NCBI GenBank assembly: GCA_028826165.1
Contig: JAPDFW010000063.1
Span: 744,001 to 808,000, forward strand
Length of the DNA stretch: 64,000 nucleotides
DNA from: Anaeramoeba ignava BMAN
Lineage: Eukaryota; Protista; Anaeramoebae
Reading direction: 5' to 3'
Each line of letters starts with the position of its first letter. The first letter of the stretch is position 1. The notes under the pieces were generated by a model, which saw only the letters and a list, made by a program, of their open reading frames with translations, was not told the origin of the DNA and did no database searches. Made by a program: the position numbers and the translations under genes. Positions 32,901-44,600 of this stretch are shown here, one piece after another.

Positions 32901-35156
32901 AACATATTCAAAAATGTCTTCCTGCAATTTGGAAAAATGTTGATAAAGAAAAAGAAAAAGTTCAAGAAGAACTTGAAAAACTTGGAGTTGATGATCAAGA
33001 TTTACATCGAAAACAAGTAATTTTCAATTTAAAATTAAAATTAAAATTAAAATTCATTTATAAAAATAATTAAAATTAAAATTAAAATTAAATTTAAAAT
33101 TAAAATTAAAATTCATTTATAAAAATAATTAAAATTAAAATTAAAATTAAAATTAAAATTAAAATTAAAATTAAAATTCATTTATAAAAATAATTAAAAT
33201 TAAAATTAAAATTAAATTTAAAATTAAAATTAAGATTGCATTTTCTGCTCTTTCAAAATTTGCTGAAGATTTTAATAATTATATTGATGGAAGTTCTGAA
33301 TTTGATACAATTAAAAATGAAAAATTTAGAGAGAGATTAATTGGAGGAGCAAGAATTAAATTTCATTTTACAAATAGTTTTGTAAAAGATATTGAAGAAT
33401 TAAGAATTGATGATGATTTAACTGATGAGAGTAAAATAATATTTATTCTTAAAATATTTATTTAAAATATTATTTATAAAATATTAATTCTTATAATATT
33501 TATTTAAAATATTTATTTAAAATAATATTTATTTAAAAAATATTTATTTATAATATTTATTTAAAATAATATTTATTTAAAATATTTATTTAAAATATTT
33601 ATTTATAATAATATTTATTTATAAGATTAATTTATAAAAATTATTTATTTTACAAAATTTTTAAAATATTTGAAAAAATTATTTATTTAAAATATTTATT
33701 TATAATATTTATTTATAATATTTATTTATAATATTTATTTATAATATTTATTTAAAAATATTTATTCTTAATATTTATTTAAAAAATAATATTTATAATA
33801 TTTATTTAAAATATTTATTCTTAATATTTATTTATAATATTTATTTAAAATATTTAAAATATTTATTTAAAATAATATTTATTTATAATATTTATTCTTA
33901 ATATTTATTTATAAAATATTTATTTATAAAATATTTATTTATAAAATATTTATTTAAAATAATATTTAAAATATTTATTTGAAATATTTATTTAAAATAA
34001 TATTTATAATATTTATTTAAAAAAAAAAGCAATCGAAAGATATATAAGTAACGCAGAAGGAGCAATATCAAGATTAGGAATTCCAGAAAAAGCATTTCAT
34101 TGGGCAATACGATTTGGATTAAACAAACTTGAAGCACCATGCGTACGATGTGCGGAAAATGTGGAGAGAGAACTAACAAACATATTAGTTCGTTCAGCAA
34201 ACAAAGTGAAAGAATTCACGAGTTTTCCAATGTTAAAAGAAAGAATATTACAAACATCAATAGCATTAGTAAAAAGATTACGAAAACCAACACACAAGCT
34301 GATCAAAGACTTAGTAAAAATGGAGCTAGCTTATATCAACTTCGATCATCCAGCACTTCATGTGAAAATGTTTACTGGAGATAAAACAGGAGAGATTGTT
34401 GAAGGTTGGATAACAAAAAGAGGAGGGAAATCAAAGAAATGGCAACAAAGATGGTTTGTATTAAAAGCAAGAACACTGTTTTATTATGCATCGCCAAAGG
34501 ATACAACAGCACTTGGAGTTGTGCCATTAGCAGGTTGTATTGTGGAAACAATGGAGGATATTAAAAAAGAAGATCCAAAATCACAAACAAATACTAGTAA
34601 TAAAACTGCGCCTTTGAATCAGAGTCAAAATCAAGATGAAAAAAAAGATACAAAAACAGAGCCCAAAAAATCCGTCTCGAAAAAAGAAAAGGATGCGCTC
34701 CCAAGAGGCGGACAGTTCTATTTCAGAGTTAGTCATCCAAGTTCAAGACAAGTTGTTCATGGAAGACCGGAAATCGAACTTTTTACTGAAGACATGAAAT
34801 CGTTTCAAAATTGGGTCAGTGCGCTCAAAAGAGCTTCACAAGGATCAATGAGAGATAAACAAGGCCAAAACAGGAATGCTTGGCTTATTAGAGAAGTCGT
34901 TGTTTCTTATTTCAAGGCTGTTAGAATGAATCTTTTCGATAAAATCCCTAAAGCTATTTCTTTAACAATGATTAATCCTATAAAGAAAAATCTTGAAGCT
35001 GAATTAATGACTAGAATTTATAGTGAGGAATTACTTGATGATATTATGAGTGAAGATCCGGGAATTAAAGAAAATAGACAAAGATTGAAAAGAACTTTAT
35101 TTCTTCTTAAGGAGGCAAGTGGGATTATGCAAAACTTAAAGAACATGAAATTTTAA
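29970..35156 (+). CDS. Dynamin-family GTPase with GTPase, middle, PH and GED domains and no proline-rich tail; 9 exons
   Basis: [32 protein letters not shown]|[27 protein letters not shown] and [13 protein letters not shown] is followed by the PH domain ([23 protein letters not shown]) and the GED (SYF...FDKIPKAI). All junctions splice in frame with GT-AG. Confidence 0.94.
30483..31375. repeat. 11-mer satellite (ATCAATTTTAW)n in dynamin intron 2
   Basis: Direct inspection of the sequence. Confidence 0.88.
31980..32548. repeat. (AAAATC)n hexamer satellite in a dynamin intron
   Basis: Direct inspection of the sequence. Confidence 0.88.
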
Positions 35157-35735
35157 ATTTATGAATTGATTTTTAAATTGATTTTTAAATTGATTTATGA
35201 ATTGATTTATGAATTGAATTATGAATTGAATTATGAATTGAATTATGAATTGATTTATGAATCGATTTATGAATTGATTTATGAATTAATTTATGAATTG
35301 ATTTATGAATTGAATTATGAATTGATTTATGAATTAATTTTTGAATTGAATTATGAATTGAATTATGAATTGATTTATGAATTGATTTTTGAATTGATTT
35401 TTAAATTGATTTATGAATTGATTTATGAATTAATTTATGAATTGATTTATGAATTGATTTATGAATTGATTTATGAATTGATTTATGAATTGATTTATGA
35501 ATTGATTTATGAATTGATTTATGAATTGATTTATGAATTGATTTATGAATTAATTTTTAAATTGATTTATGAATTGATTTTTAAATTGATTTTTAAATTG
35601 ATTTTTAAATTGATTTATAAATTGATTTTTGAATTGATTTTTGAATTGATTTATGAATTGATTTATAAATTGATTTTTAAATTGAATTATGAATTGATTT
35701 ATGAATTGATTTATGAATTGATTTATGAATTAATT
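35157..35735. repeat. 12-mer satellite (ATGAATTGATTT)n starting directly at the dynamin stop codon
   Basis: Direct inspection; this repeat produces the spurious YELI ORF. Confidence 0.88.
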
Positions 35736-35863
35736 TTAAAAAAAACACGTTTCAAATTTTTTCTTTCATCAACTTTTTTCACTTTTTTAATTTTCATTTA
35801 AATTTTTAATAAAAAAAAATTTTTTCATTTTTTATTTTTCCATTTTTTTAAATCAAAATCAAA

Positions 35864-37430
35864 ATGAAAAACTCCCAAATAATTTTAAATAAAAAAACAT
35901 TTTGGTGGAAAGCAATACAAATTTTTATAATAGCAGGAGTAGATTTTTTTGCAGAAACATTAACAACACCAATGGTAGCACATATGGTTAAAAAAAAATT
36001 CCATGTGAAATCATCAATGGTTGGAACAGCATCAGGAGCAATAGTTGGAGCATATACTTTTTCACAATTTCTATCCACATTTTATTTGGGTCATTTAAGT
36101 GATAATTTTGGTCGAAAAATTGTTATGACAATAAGTCTTACTGCAAGCATGATTGGTATGGTTTTGTTTGGGTTTGCTTGGTCGCTTGCTGCTTCTATTA
36201 TCATCAAACTTTGTGATGGATTACTTAATGCAACTTCTCCAATGTCAAAAGCAATTATGAGTGATTTAACTATGTTTTCTTTAAATAAATATCGCACTGT
36301 TTTTTTTGGATTTCTTGAGTTTTCTTTGATTTTTGCAAGAAGTATTGGTGCTTTAACTACTAGTTTTGCTTTTGATGAATCTGCTGGTATTTCTTGGCTC
36401 AAAAATTATCCTTATATGCTTCCTTGTTTATTTGGTGCTTTGTTTGAATTTATCACTTTGATTTTTATGATAATAGTTTATAGAGATTTACCAAAACCTG
36501 AAGAAATTAAGAAAGCAACTGAAAATACGTCTTTATTAGAAAAATCCAAAAATGAAAAATGAAAATGAAAATCAAAATGATGAAAATTTAAAATCAAATG
36601 ATGAAAATGAAAATCAAAAATCAAATGATGAAAATGAAATTGAAAATGAAAATGAAAATGAAAATGGAATTGAAAATCAAAAATTAAATATGGAATTTTT
36701 AAATGATGAAAATCAAAACCTTTTTTTCCCAAAACGTAAAAGAAAACTCTCTTTAGTTCCTGGCCTAAAAGCAATTTGGAAAAGTTCTGTTCTTAAAGTT
36801 GTTATATTCATGTGTGGTCTTACACATTTTGGAAATAGTTCTACAAATGTTGCTTGGGTTCTTTTTTCTTCAATGAAAAAATCAGAAAACGGACTTGATT
36901 TTTCACCAAAAGAAATTGGATTCATTTATGTTGTTCTTGGATTAGAATCATTAATTTTCTTATTCTTCATTTACAAACCATTAACAAGAAAAATTGGAAT
37001 CAAAAAAACATTTCTTTTTGGAAGTCTTAGTTTAGTAGTTGGAAATCTTGTGTTTCCTTTATCATCTTTCATTTACAAATGGTTTGGAGATGAAGCTCAA
37101 AAAAGTCCATACACTTGGATTTTAATATCCCTTATTATGATCCCAAGTACTTGTGGCTTTGTAACAATGTTGCCTAATTTATTCACAATGGCTGGTAATA
37201 TTTCTGCTTATGATCGCCAAGGATTAGTTATGGGAACTTTGGACTCAATTTCTTCTTTGGCTCAAGGATTAGGCCCTATTTTTGGTGGTGCTGTTTTTTC
37301 TCTTGCTGTTGTTATCGGCTTTACTTATCTTTATTTTATTATTGTTGCCTTACTTTATCTTCTTTGTTTTATTGCAATTTATCGAGTTAAAGAAGTTGAC
37401 TATCAAAAACCCAATTTAGGAATTAATTGA
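35864..37430 (+). CDS. MFS transporter (DHA1/TetA/ZIFL-like) split by a +1 frame break at about 36555
   Basis: Motif A GHLSDNFGRK in the N-terminal half. The second 6-TM bundle (RQGLVMG..SLAQGLGPIFGG) is in the next frame, and the break lies in an AAAATG-repeat-encoded loop. Confidence 0.85.
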
Positions 37431-37550
37431 TTTTCTAAATCAATTTATAATAACTTTTTAATTAACTTTAAAAAATTTTCTAGTAAAATTTCAAAATAAA
37501 TTTTTAATAAAAATTTTTTTCCGATTTTCATTTTTTTTCTTTCATTTTTT

Positions 37551-38456
37551 ATGAATTCAAAAACATCTATTCTTGAAGTTACAATTGAAAAAGCAAAAGA
37601 ACTTCCTCAACTTATACACAAAGAATCTCAAGTTTATTGTGTTTTATTTATTCCTGAACAAACAACAGTGGAAAAAGATCCAAATTCAAATTTTCTTATT
37701 GAAAAAGTAATTGGAAAGCAAATTGAAAAAACAAAGATTACTTCTTGTTTATCATCTGAATCAGAATGGCATGAAAAATTCCAGTTTAAAATTGTTGATT
37801 ACACAGATATTTATATTCAAATTTTCGAAATTTATGAGAGAAAAAGTACTTTTTTAGCTGGAATGCGTTTTCCACTTGCTCTTCTTAAACTAGATCAAGA
37901 TATTTTGAAATGGTTTCCTCTTTATAAATCAAATCATTTGGATGATTTTGATATATTTGGGAAAATTTTTGTTCGTTTGAGTTTGTTTTTATCAGAACCT
38001 CCTGTTCAAAAACATCTTATTTCTCAAACAAATGGAAAATCTTATTCTGATACTTCAAAATATATCATTACAAAATCATCAAAAAAAAATGTCATTTCTG
38101 ATGTTAATATTTCTTATGATTACATTTTGGATTCTCTTCTTGAAAATTTAAATCAAAATCGAAATCAAAATCGAAATCAAAATCAAAATCAAAATCAAAA
38201 TCAAAATCAAAATTTAAATCAAAATCAAAATTTAAATCAAAATCAAAATCAAAATCAAAATTTAAATCAAAATCAAAATCAAAATCAAAATTTAAATCAA
38301 AATCAAAATCAAAATCAAAATCAAAATCAAAATTCAAATACAAAAATTTACGTTTTAATTAGTGTTGGAATTATTACAATTTCTACTTGTTATTATATTT
38401 TCAATTACAAAAAAAACAAAAATGATAAAAAAAAGAAAAATAAAGAAAGAAAATAG
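37551..38456 (+). CDS. C2-domain protein with an (NQ)n linker and a C-terminal transmembrane anchor
   Basis: LEVTIEKAKEL, W.EKFQF and KWFPL..GKIFVRL match the C2 pattern; hydrophobic IYVLISVGIITISTCYYIF is followed by a basic tail. Confidence 0.75.
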   Translation: MNSKTSILEVTIEKAKELPQLIHKESQVYCVLFIPEQTTVEKDPNSNFLIEKVIGKQIEKTKITSCLSSESEWHEKFQFKIVDYTDIYIQIFEIYERKSTFLAGMRFPLALLKLDQDILKWFPLYKSNHLDDFDIFGKIFVRLSLFLSEPPVQKHLISQTNGKSYSDTSKYIITKSSKKNVISDVNISYDYILDSLLENLNQNRNQNRNQNQNQNQNQNQNLNQNQNLNQNQNQNQNLNQNQNQNQNLNQNQNQNQNQNQNSNTKIYVLISVGIITISTCYYIFNYKKNKNDKKKKNKERK

Positions 38457-38628
38457 ATGAATAATAATTATAATTATAATTTTTTTTTTGATTCAAAACA
38501 AAACAAAACAAAACTTTTCCCTTTTTTTATCTTTTTCCATAGTTTTTTTTTTCGCTTTTTTTTTTTCATTTTTTCATTTTGAAAAATTATTTTTTAAAAA
38601 AATAATAATAAAAATAATAAAAATAATA

Positions 38629-41600
38629 ATGAATTGGTTTTTGGATTTGATTCAAGAAATCTCAAAAGAAAACAAACAAGATCAAAAAAAAAAGAAAAAG
38701 AGGAAAACAACAAAAGATAAAAAAACAGAAAATAAAAAAAAAATAAAACAAATTCAAAATAAAATTCAACAAGTTAGTAAACATTCTCAAATTAAAGAAG
38801 AAAGTCAAACTTTCACAAACAAAGAGTTACAAATTCTTTGGAATAAAAAAAATAACCCAAATGATGTAAAAAAATTTTTTATTTTAAAAATCTATTTAAA
38901 CAAAAAAAATATCAAATTTTAAATTTTCTCATTTTAATTTTTTGCTTATTTTAAATAAATTTAGAAAAATGAAGATTGGTTCTTTGAATTTTCATTAAGT
39001 TTTATTAAAAATTTTACATTTGCAAATAATCCAAATGTTGAAAAATTAAATATAAATTCACTTACAAATTCTTTTATCAATAAATTTGTTAAAGAAGAGA
39101 AAATGAATCCACCATCTCTTCTTTATGAAACTTTAAAATTTAGCATGAATATTTTAAAAATGTTTTATGAAGGTTTGAATTAAATTCCAAATTAAATTCG
39201 AAATTCAAAATTAAATTCAAAATTAAATTAAAAATTAAATTCAATTCAAAATTAAATTCAAAATTAAATTCAAAATTAAATTCAAAATTAAATTCAAAAA
39301 ATTAAATTCAAAAAATTAAATTCAAAAATTAAATCCAAAAATTAAATCCAAAATTAAATTCAAAATCCAAAAAATTAAATTCAAAATTAAATTCAAAAAT
39401 TAAATTCAAAAATTAAATCCAAAAATTAAATTCAAAAATTAAATTCAAAATTAAATTCAAAATTAAATTCAAAATTAAATTCAAAATTAAATTCAAAATT
39501 AAATTAAAAATTAAATTCAAAATTAAATTCAAAATTAAATTCCAAAATTAAATTTAAAATTAAATTTAAAATTAAATTCAATATTAAATTCAATATTAAA
39601 TTCAAAAATTAAATTCAAAATTAAATTAAAAATTAAATTCAAAATTAAATTCAAAATTAAATTCCAAAATTAAATTCCAAAATTAAATTCAAAATTAAAT
39701 TCAAAATTAAATTAAAAATTAAATTCAAAATTAAATTCAAAATTAAATCCAAAATTAAATTCAAAAATAAATTCAAAATTCAATTCCAATTTAAATTCAA
39801 AATTAAATTCAAAATTAAATTCAAAATTAAATTCAAAATTAAATTTAAAATTCAAATTCAAAATTAAATTCAAAATTAAATTCAAAATTAAATTCAAAAT
39901 TAAATTCAAAAAATTAAGATTCTTTTGGAAAAATTGAATTTGCAGATTATAGAATTTTACTTCCTTTAGATATGATTTATTTTCTTTCAAATTCTATTTA
40001 TAATCAAAATATGTTCTTAAAATTTGAAATATTTCAAATACTTTGTCCACTTGCAAGATCTAATATACACAGAATTTTATTAGCTTTAGAAAAAGATGTA
40101 AATAAAAACGATTCTTTTCTTTATTATTTCAATTCTTTTCTTTATTATTTTGATTCTTTTCTTTATTATTTTAATTCTTTTCTTTATTATTTTAATTCTT
40201 TTCTTTATTATTTTAATTCTTTTCTTTATTATTTTAATTCTTTTCTTTATTATTTTAATTCTTTTATTTATTATTTTGATTCTTTTCTTTATTAATTAGA
40301 TTGATCCAAAATTATCCGAAAATTGCTTATTTTATTTTTTTCAATATATTTTTGAAAAAATTATTGAAATATTTTGGATTTTCCTTAAAAATTCATTGTT
40401 ACCTTCTACTCAAGAAGTTATAAATACTATAATTGGTAATAAAAATAATAATAATACTTATTCAATTACATTTATTCATTCATCTTCTTTTTAGAAAGTT
40501 TCTTTGTTTTAGTTAAAGCTAATCAAAAATTTATTCTTGGTCAAAATTTATTTAATATTAAATCTCATTTATTCCAAATTATTGAATATTTTTTTCAAGA
40601 AAATACCCTTTCAAAAATTCAACAACTTTCCATTTCAAATATTTTAATGCAATTATTAACTTCAATAGAAATTCCAATTTTACAAGAAAAAGAATTTTTT
40701 GAAAATCCATTCCAAAATTTAGATCCAAATTCAATACTTTATTTTCTGATAAATTACTATAATGAATCAGTTTCTAACTTATCAAATGAACAGATCCAAT
40801 ATTTCGAGTTTCATTTTAAAATATCTTATTTAAATTTAGTTCAAAAAATGCTCAAATATCATAAAGAAGTTGAAATTATTTTTATTAAGCATCAAAACTT
40901 CGAAAAAATTCCAAATTTACTAACTTGGGTTATACAATTTTCCAAATCAATGAAGAAAGAAAATAATGGAATCAAAGATGAACAGAATAATATGCCAAAA
41001 AGTAAGAAAAAAATTTGTTTGTTTTTTTGGATTTAGAATTGAAAATTAAAATGAAAATTTGTTTTTTTTATTAAAGATAAAAATAAAAGTGATTCTGATT
41101 CAACTTTTTCAGAAAAAGTTGTTGAAATTGTTCCACTTCCAGTAATTTATATACAAAATAAACTATCTGTTATACAACAATTATTACAGAATTGGAAGAA
41201 TATTTGTTCTCAAAGTTTGGAAAATAATCTTTTCCAAGATGGAAATAACAAAAACAAATACGATATAGACCCAGATATTTACCATTTTTTTCCAGAAAGA
41301 ACATCTCAAAAAATTCTCAAGAATTCAATAAGAAATTTAAAAAATGAAATTGAGATTGAAAATATCGCCACAAAATTAATTCGAATATTTGTTCAATTAA
41401 TATGCTCATTTACAATTGAAAAAAATGAGGAATTCTTACCAGAATATTTTCTGGAATTTATTCTCTCTTTCTGGAAAAACGAATATCATCAAATATTGAT
41501 TGGAGCTAATTTTTGGAGTGTGATTATTGGACAAATTTATGCGAATAATCCTGAAAAAAATGGAATGATTTGGATGAAAAAAACAAAAAAAGTCATCTTT

Positions 41601-44600
41601 TCATTTCTTGCGCATTGCGCCACTTCTCATCTTGAAAATAATGAAGTTGAAATTCAAATTTTGTTGTCATTACTGAAAAAAAATCCATCCAAATTTGATA
41701 TTATTAATAATGTTTCCAAAACATTACTTCAAATATTGAAAGCAAATTTCAATGTATTTTCTTTAGTGCTCCAAAAAAATCAAGTTGATCAAGTGATTCT
41801 TGAATGCTTGAAGCTAATTGACTATGATAAAAGGCTTGAGGAAAAAGAACTAAAAAGTGTGATGAATATGTTCAAGTTTCTTCGTTTGTTTTTCTCAAAT
41901 CGAGAATCTAGAATTATTGCTATTAGCTATTTGGGGTTTCGAAAAACACTTTTGCAATTAGCATTTCATCCACAAGTCTCTGAGTTATCTTTGAATATAA
42001 TTTTGATGGTGGCATCTTTAATTGATGATTCCAATATAACTTATATTCATTTTTTGAATGATATTTTTGGAATATTTTGGATTTTATCAGTTTTACATAA
42101 AAAATTAAACCAAAAGTCAAATCAAACTTCAAACGACGAAACTTCAAATGATGAAAGAATAAATAATGAAAACTCAAATAATGAAAATGAAAATGGAAAT
42201 GCAAATGCAAATGAAAAAATAAATGATGAAAATTCGAACGAATACCAAATAGAAGATATAAACCAATATTTAACTAATTATCAAGATTTGTATCAGCTTC
42301 TGAAATCAAAAATTGAGGATGATGAAGAAATAATCTATAATATGTCAAAATTGTTGAAATGCATCATCAAAGCTATTTCTCAAAACAAAATTCTTCTTCA
42401 AAGCTTGTTAATGAAAATCAATTCTCTAAAAAAAATTCAAGAATCTCTTGCTATTATTGAAAATAAAACGTTGATTATTGAGGAAGTGAATTTATTGCAC
42501 CAACTTCTGAACTCAAATGAAGAAAATACTCAAAAATTCGAAAAAGAAATTGGATTTCATAATTTAAGCCAAACACTTTCCAAGAAATTCCAAAACAGAA
42601 ACACAAAATCAATCGAACAAAAATTATTTTGGGCACTTTTCATGTTTTTCATAGACGAGGCAAATTATATAATACAAAATGTTTATGGAATAATTCCGAT
42701 TTTTGAGTTTTACCTGAAATGCGGGAATGAAGCAGAAATACTTTATCTGATCAGAGCCTTCAAGCATTTGTGCTTAGCGTCAATTCGAAATTGTGAATGT
42801 TTTTCTAATGAAGGATTTGTGTTTTTTCTTGCTAATAGAATCATCGCGTTTTCTAATCAAGAATTTATAAAGGAATCACAAAACTTGCTCGGAATTATCA
42901 GTTCAAACTCACTATCAATAACGGAAATTAAGAAGGTGTTTTCGTTGTTGAAAGGAGGGAAATCACCAGAAAAAGCGCTTAATTTAATTGTCGATGTTTT
43001 TGAGCAAGTGGTTGATTCATTGGAACATAAAAAATCTCATCTTTTTTCAAAAAGCTTTTTCGATTTCAGTTCTGGCTATTTTTCGCTTCCCAAAATACAA
43101 AAATGGCCAACAAAAGGTTGGTCCTTTTGCAGTTGGATACGATTTGAGGAGATTCCAGAAGAGAAATATGTATTATTTGAATTTCGAACAGGAGATGGTG
43201 ATGGAATATCTTTATCTTTTTTGGCTGATCCAAATCAATCCACAGAAAAAACAGGAAAAACAGAAACTGAATTGTTTTCGCATGTTTTATTTATACTTTC
43301 TTTCTATCGCCAATCTGAAGAAACTAAACTAGAGTTCCCATACAAAATAGAATTGAAAAACTGGAATTTGATAGGAATATCACACAAAATGTTGTGGTCA
43401 AAAAGCAAAATCAAGTTTTTTCTCAACAAAAGCTCACAGGAAAAAGTGTCTCAGAATTATCCAAGTTTCAATGATAGTCTGATCTCTAATTTTATAGGCA
43501 CAAAAATCAATAAATTACGTTCAGGCAGTTTGAAATACAATCATCCAGAAATTTTCCTCAACAAAAATAATGAGAATAATTTATATCATGAAAATATTAG
43601 AAATGATGAGAATAATTTATATAATGAAAATATTAGAAATGACAAGAATAATTTATATAATGAAAATATCAGAAATAATGAGAAAAAATCATTTCGTGGA
43701 CAAATTGTGATGAGTTATTTTTTCGAAGAAGATTTGAAACACAATTTCTTCTCTTCATTTTATGATCACAGTCCAGATTATTTTACTCTTATAGATTCAG
43801 CAGATAAATCAATATTAACATCAATATCAACAACATCAACAACTCCACCAACAACACCAACAACAACAGCACCTCCGCTATCAACAACACCAACAACCAC
43901 ATCTGTGCCTACAGCCAAATCCTTACCTAAACTAAGCAGTGATTTTCTCAAGTTGATTTACCAGAAATCTTTTTTGCTTTATCACAACAGGTGCATCCAA
44001 GAAAACACATGTTTGGATGTGAGTAAATTTTCATCAGAAAAACGCAAGGCGTTGATGATCGGAATTAGAAAATGTGTTGTTTCATCATTTGAAGATATTC
44101 TTATTTGTCTTGGAGGAGTCGAGGTTTTTCTTCCGTTGTTATTTTCAGAAAAAAGGATTGATAATATTGAGGATGAACAACGACTTAATGGGAAAACGTT
44201 CAGGTTAATTCTCAAAATATGCGTGAAATTTCCGCATTTGGTTCCTGGTAATTTCTTTAAAGTTTTGGGGTTTTTGATGAAGCAAACAGATCCAAGAAAA
44301 TTTTCTCCAGAAATCATTGCTTATATTTGGAATTTATTGGAAAAATCCAAAGCAAACTCTTTCTTCCCTGATATAATCCACAAACTTTTGCTGGATTTTG
44401 ATATTTGGATTCGATACTCAAATGAATTCCAAATCACGTTCATTTCATATATTAACATGTTATTGGATGATTCTCTGTTTCAATTAGACAGTAATTCTGA
44501 AGTTGGATTTGATGAACTATTTTTTTTATTATCAGAATATTATGAAAATGAAGTGGAAGAAGTTGAAGAAAATCAAGTATTACAAGCAAAACCAAGAAAC

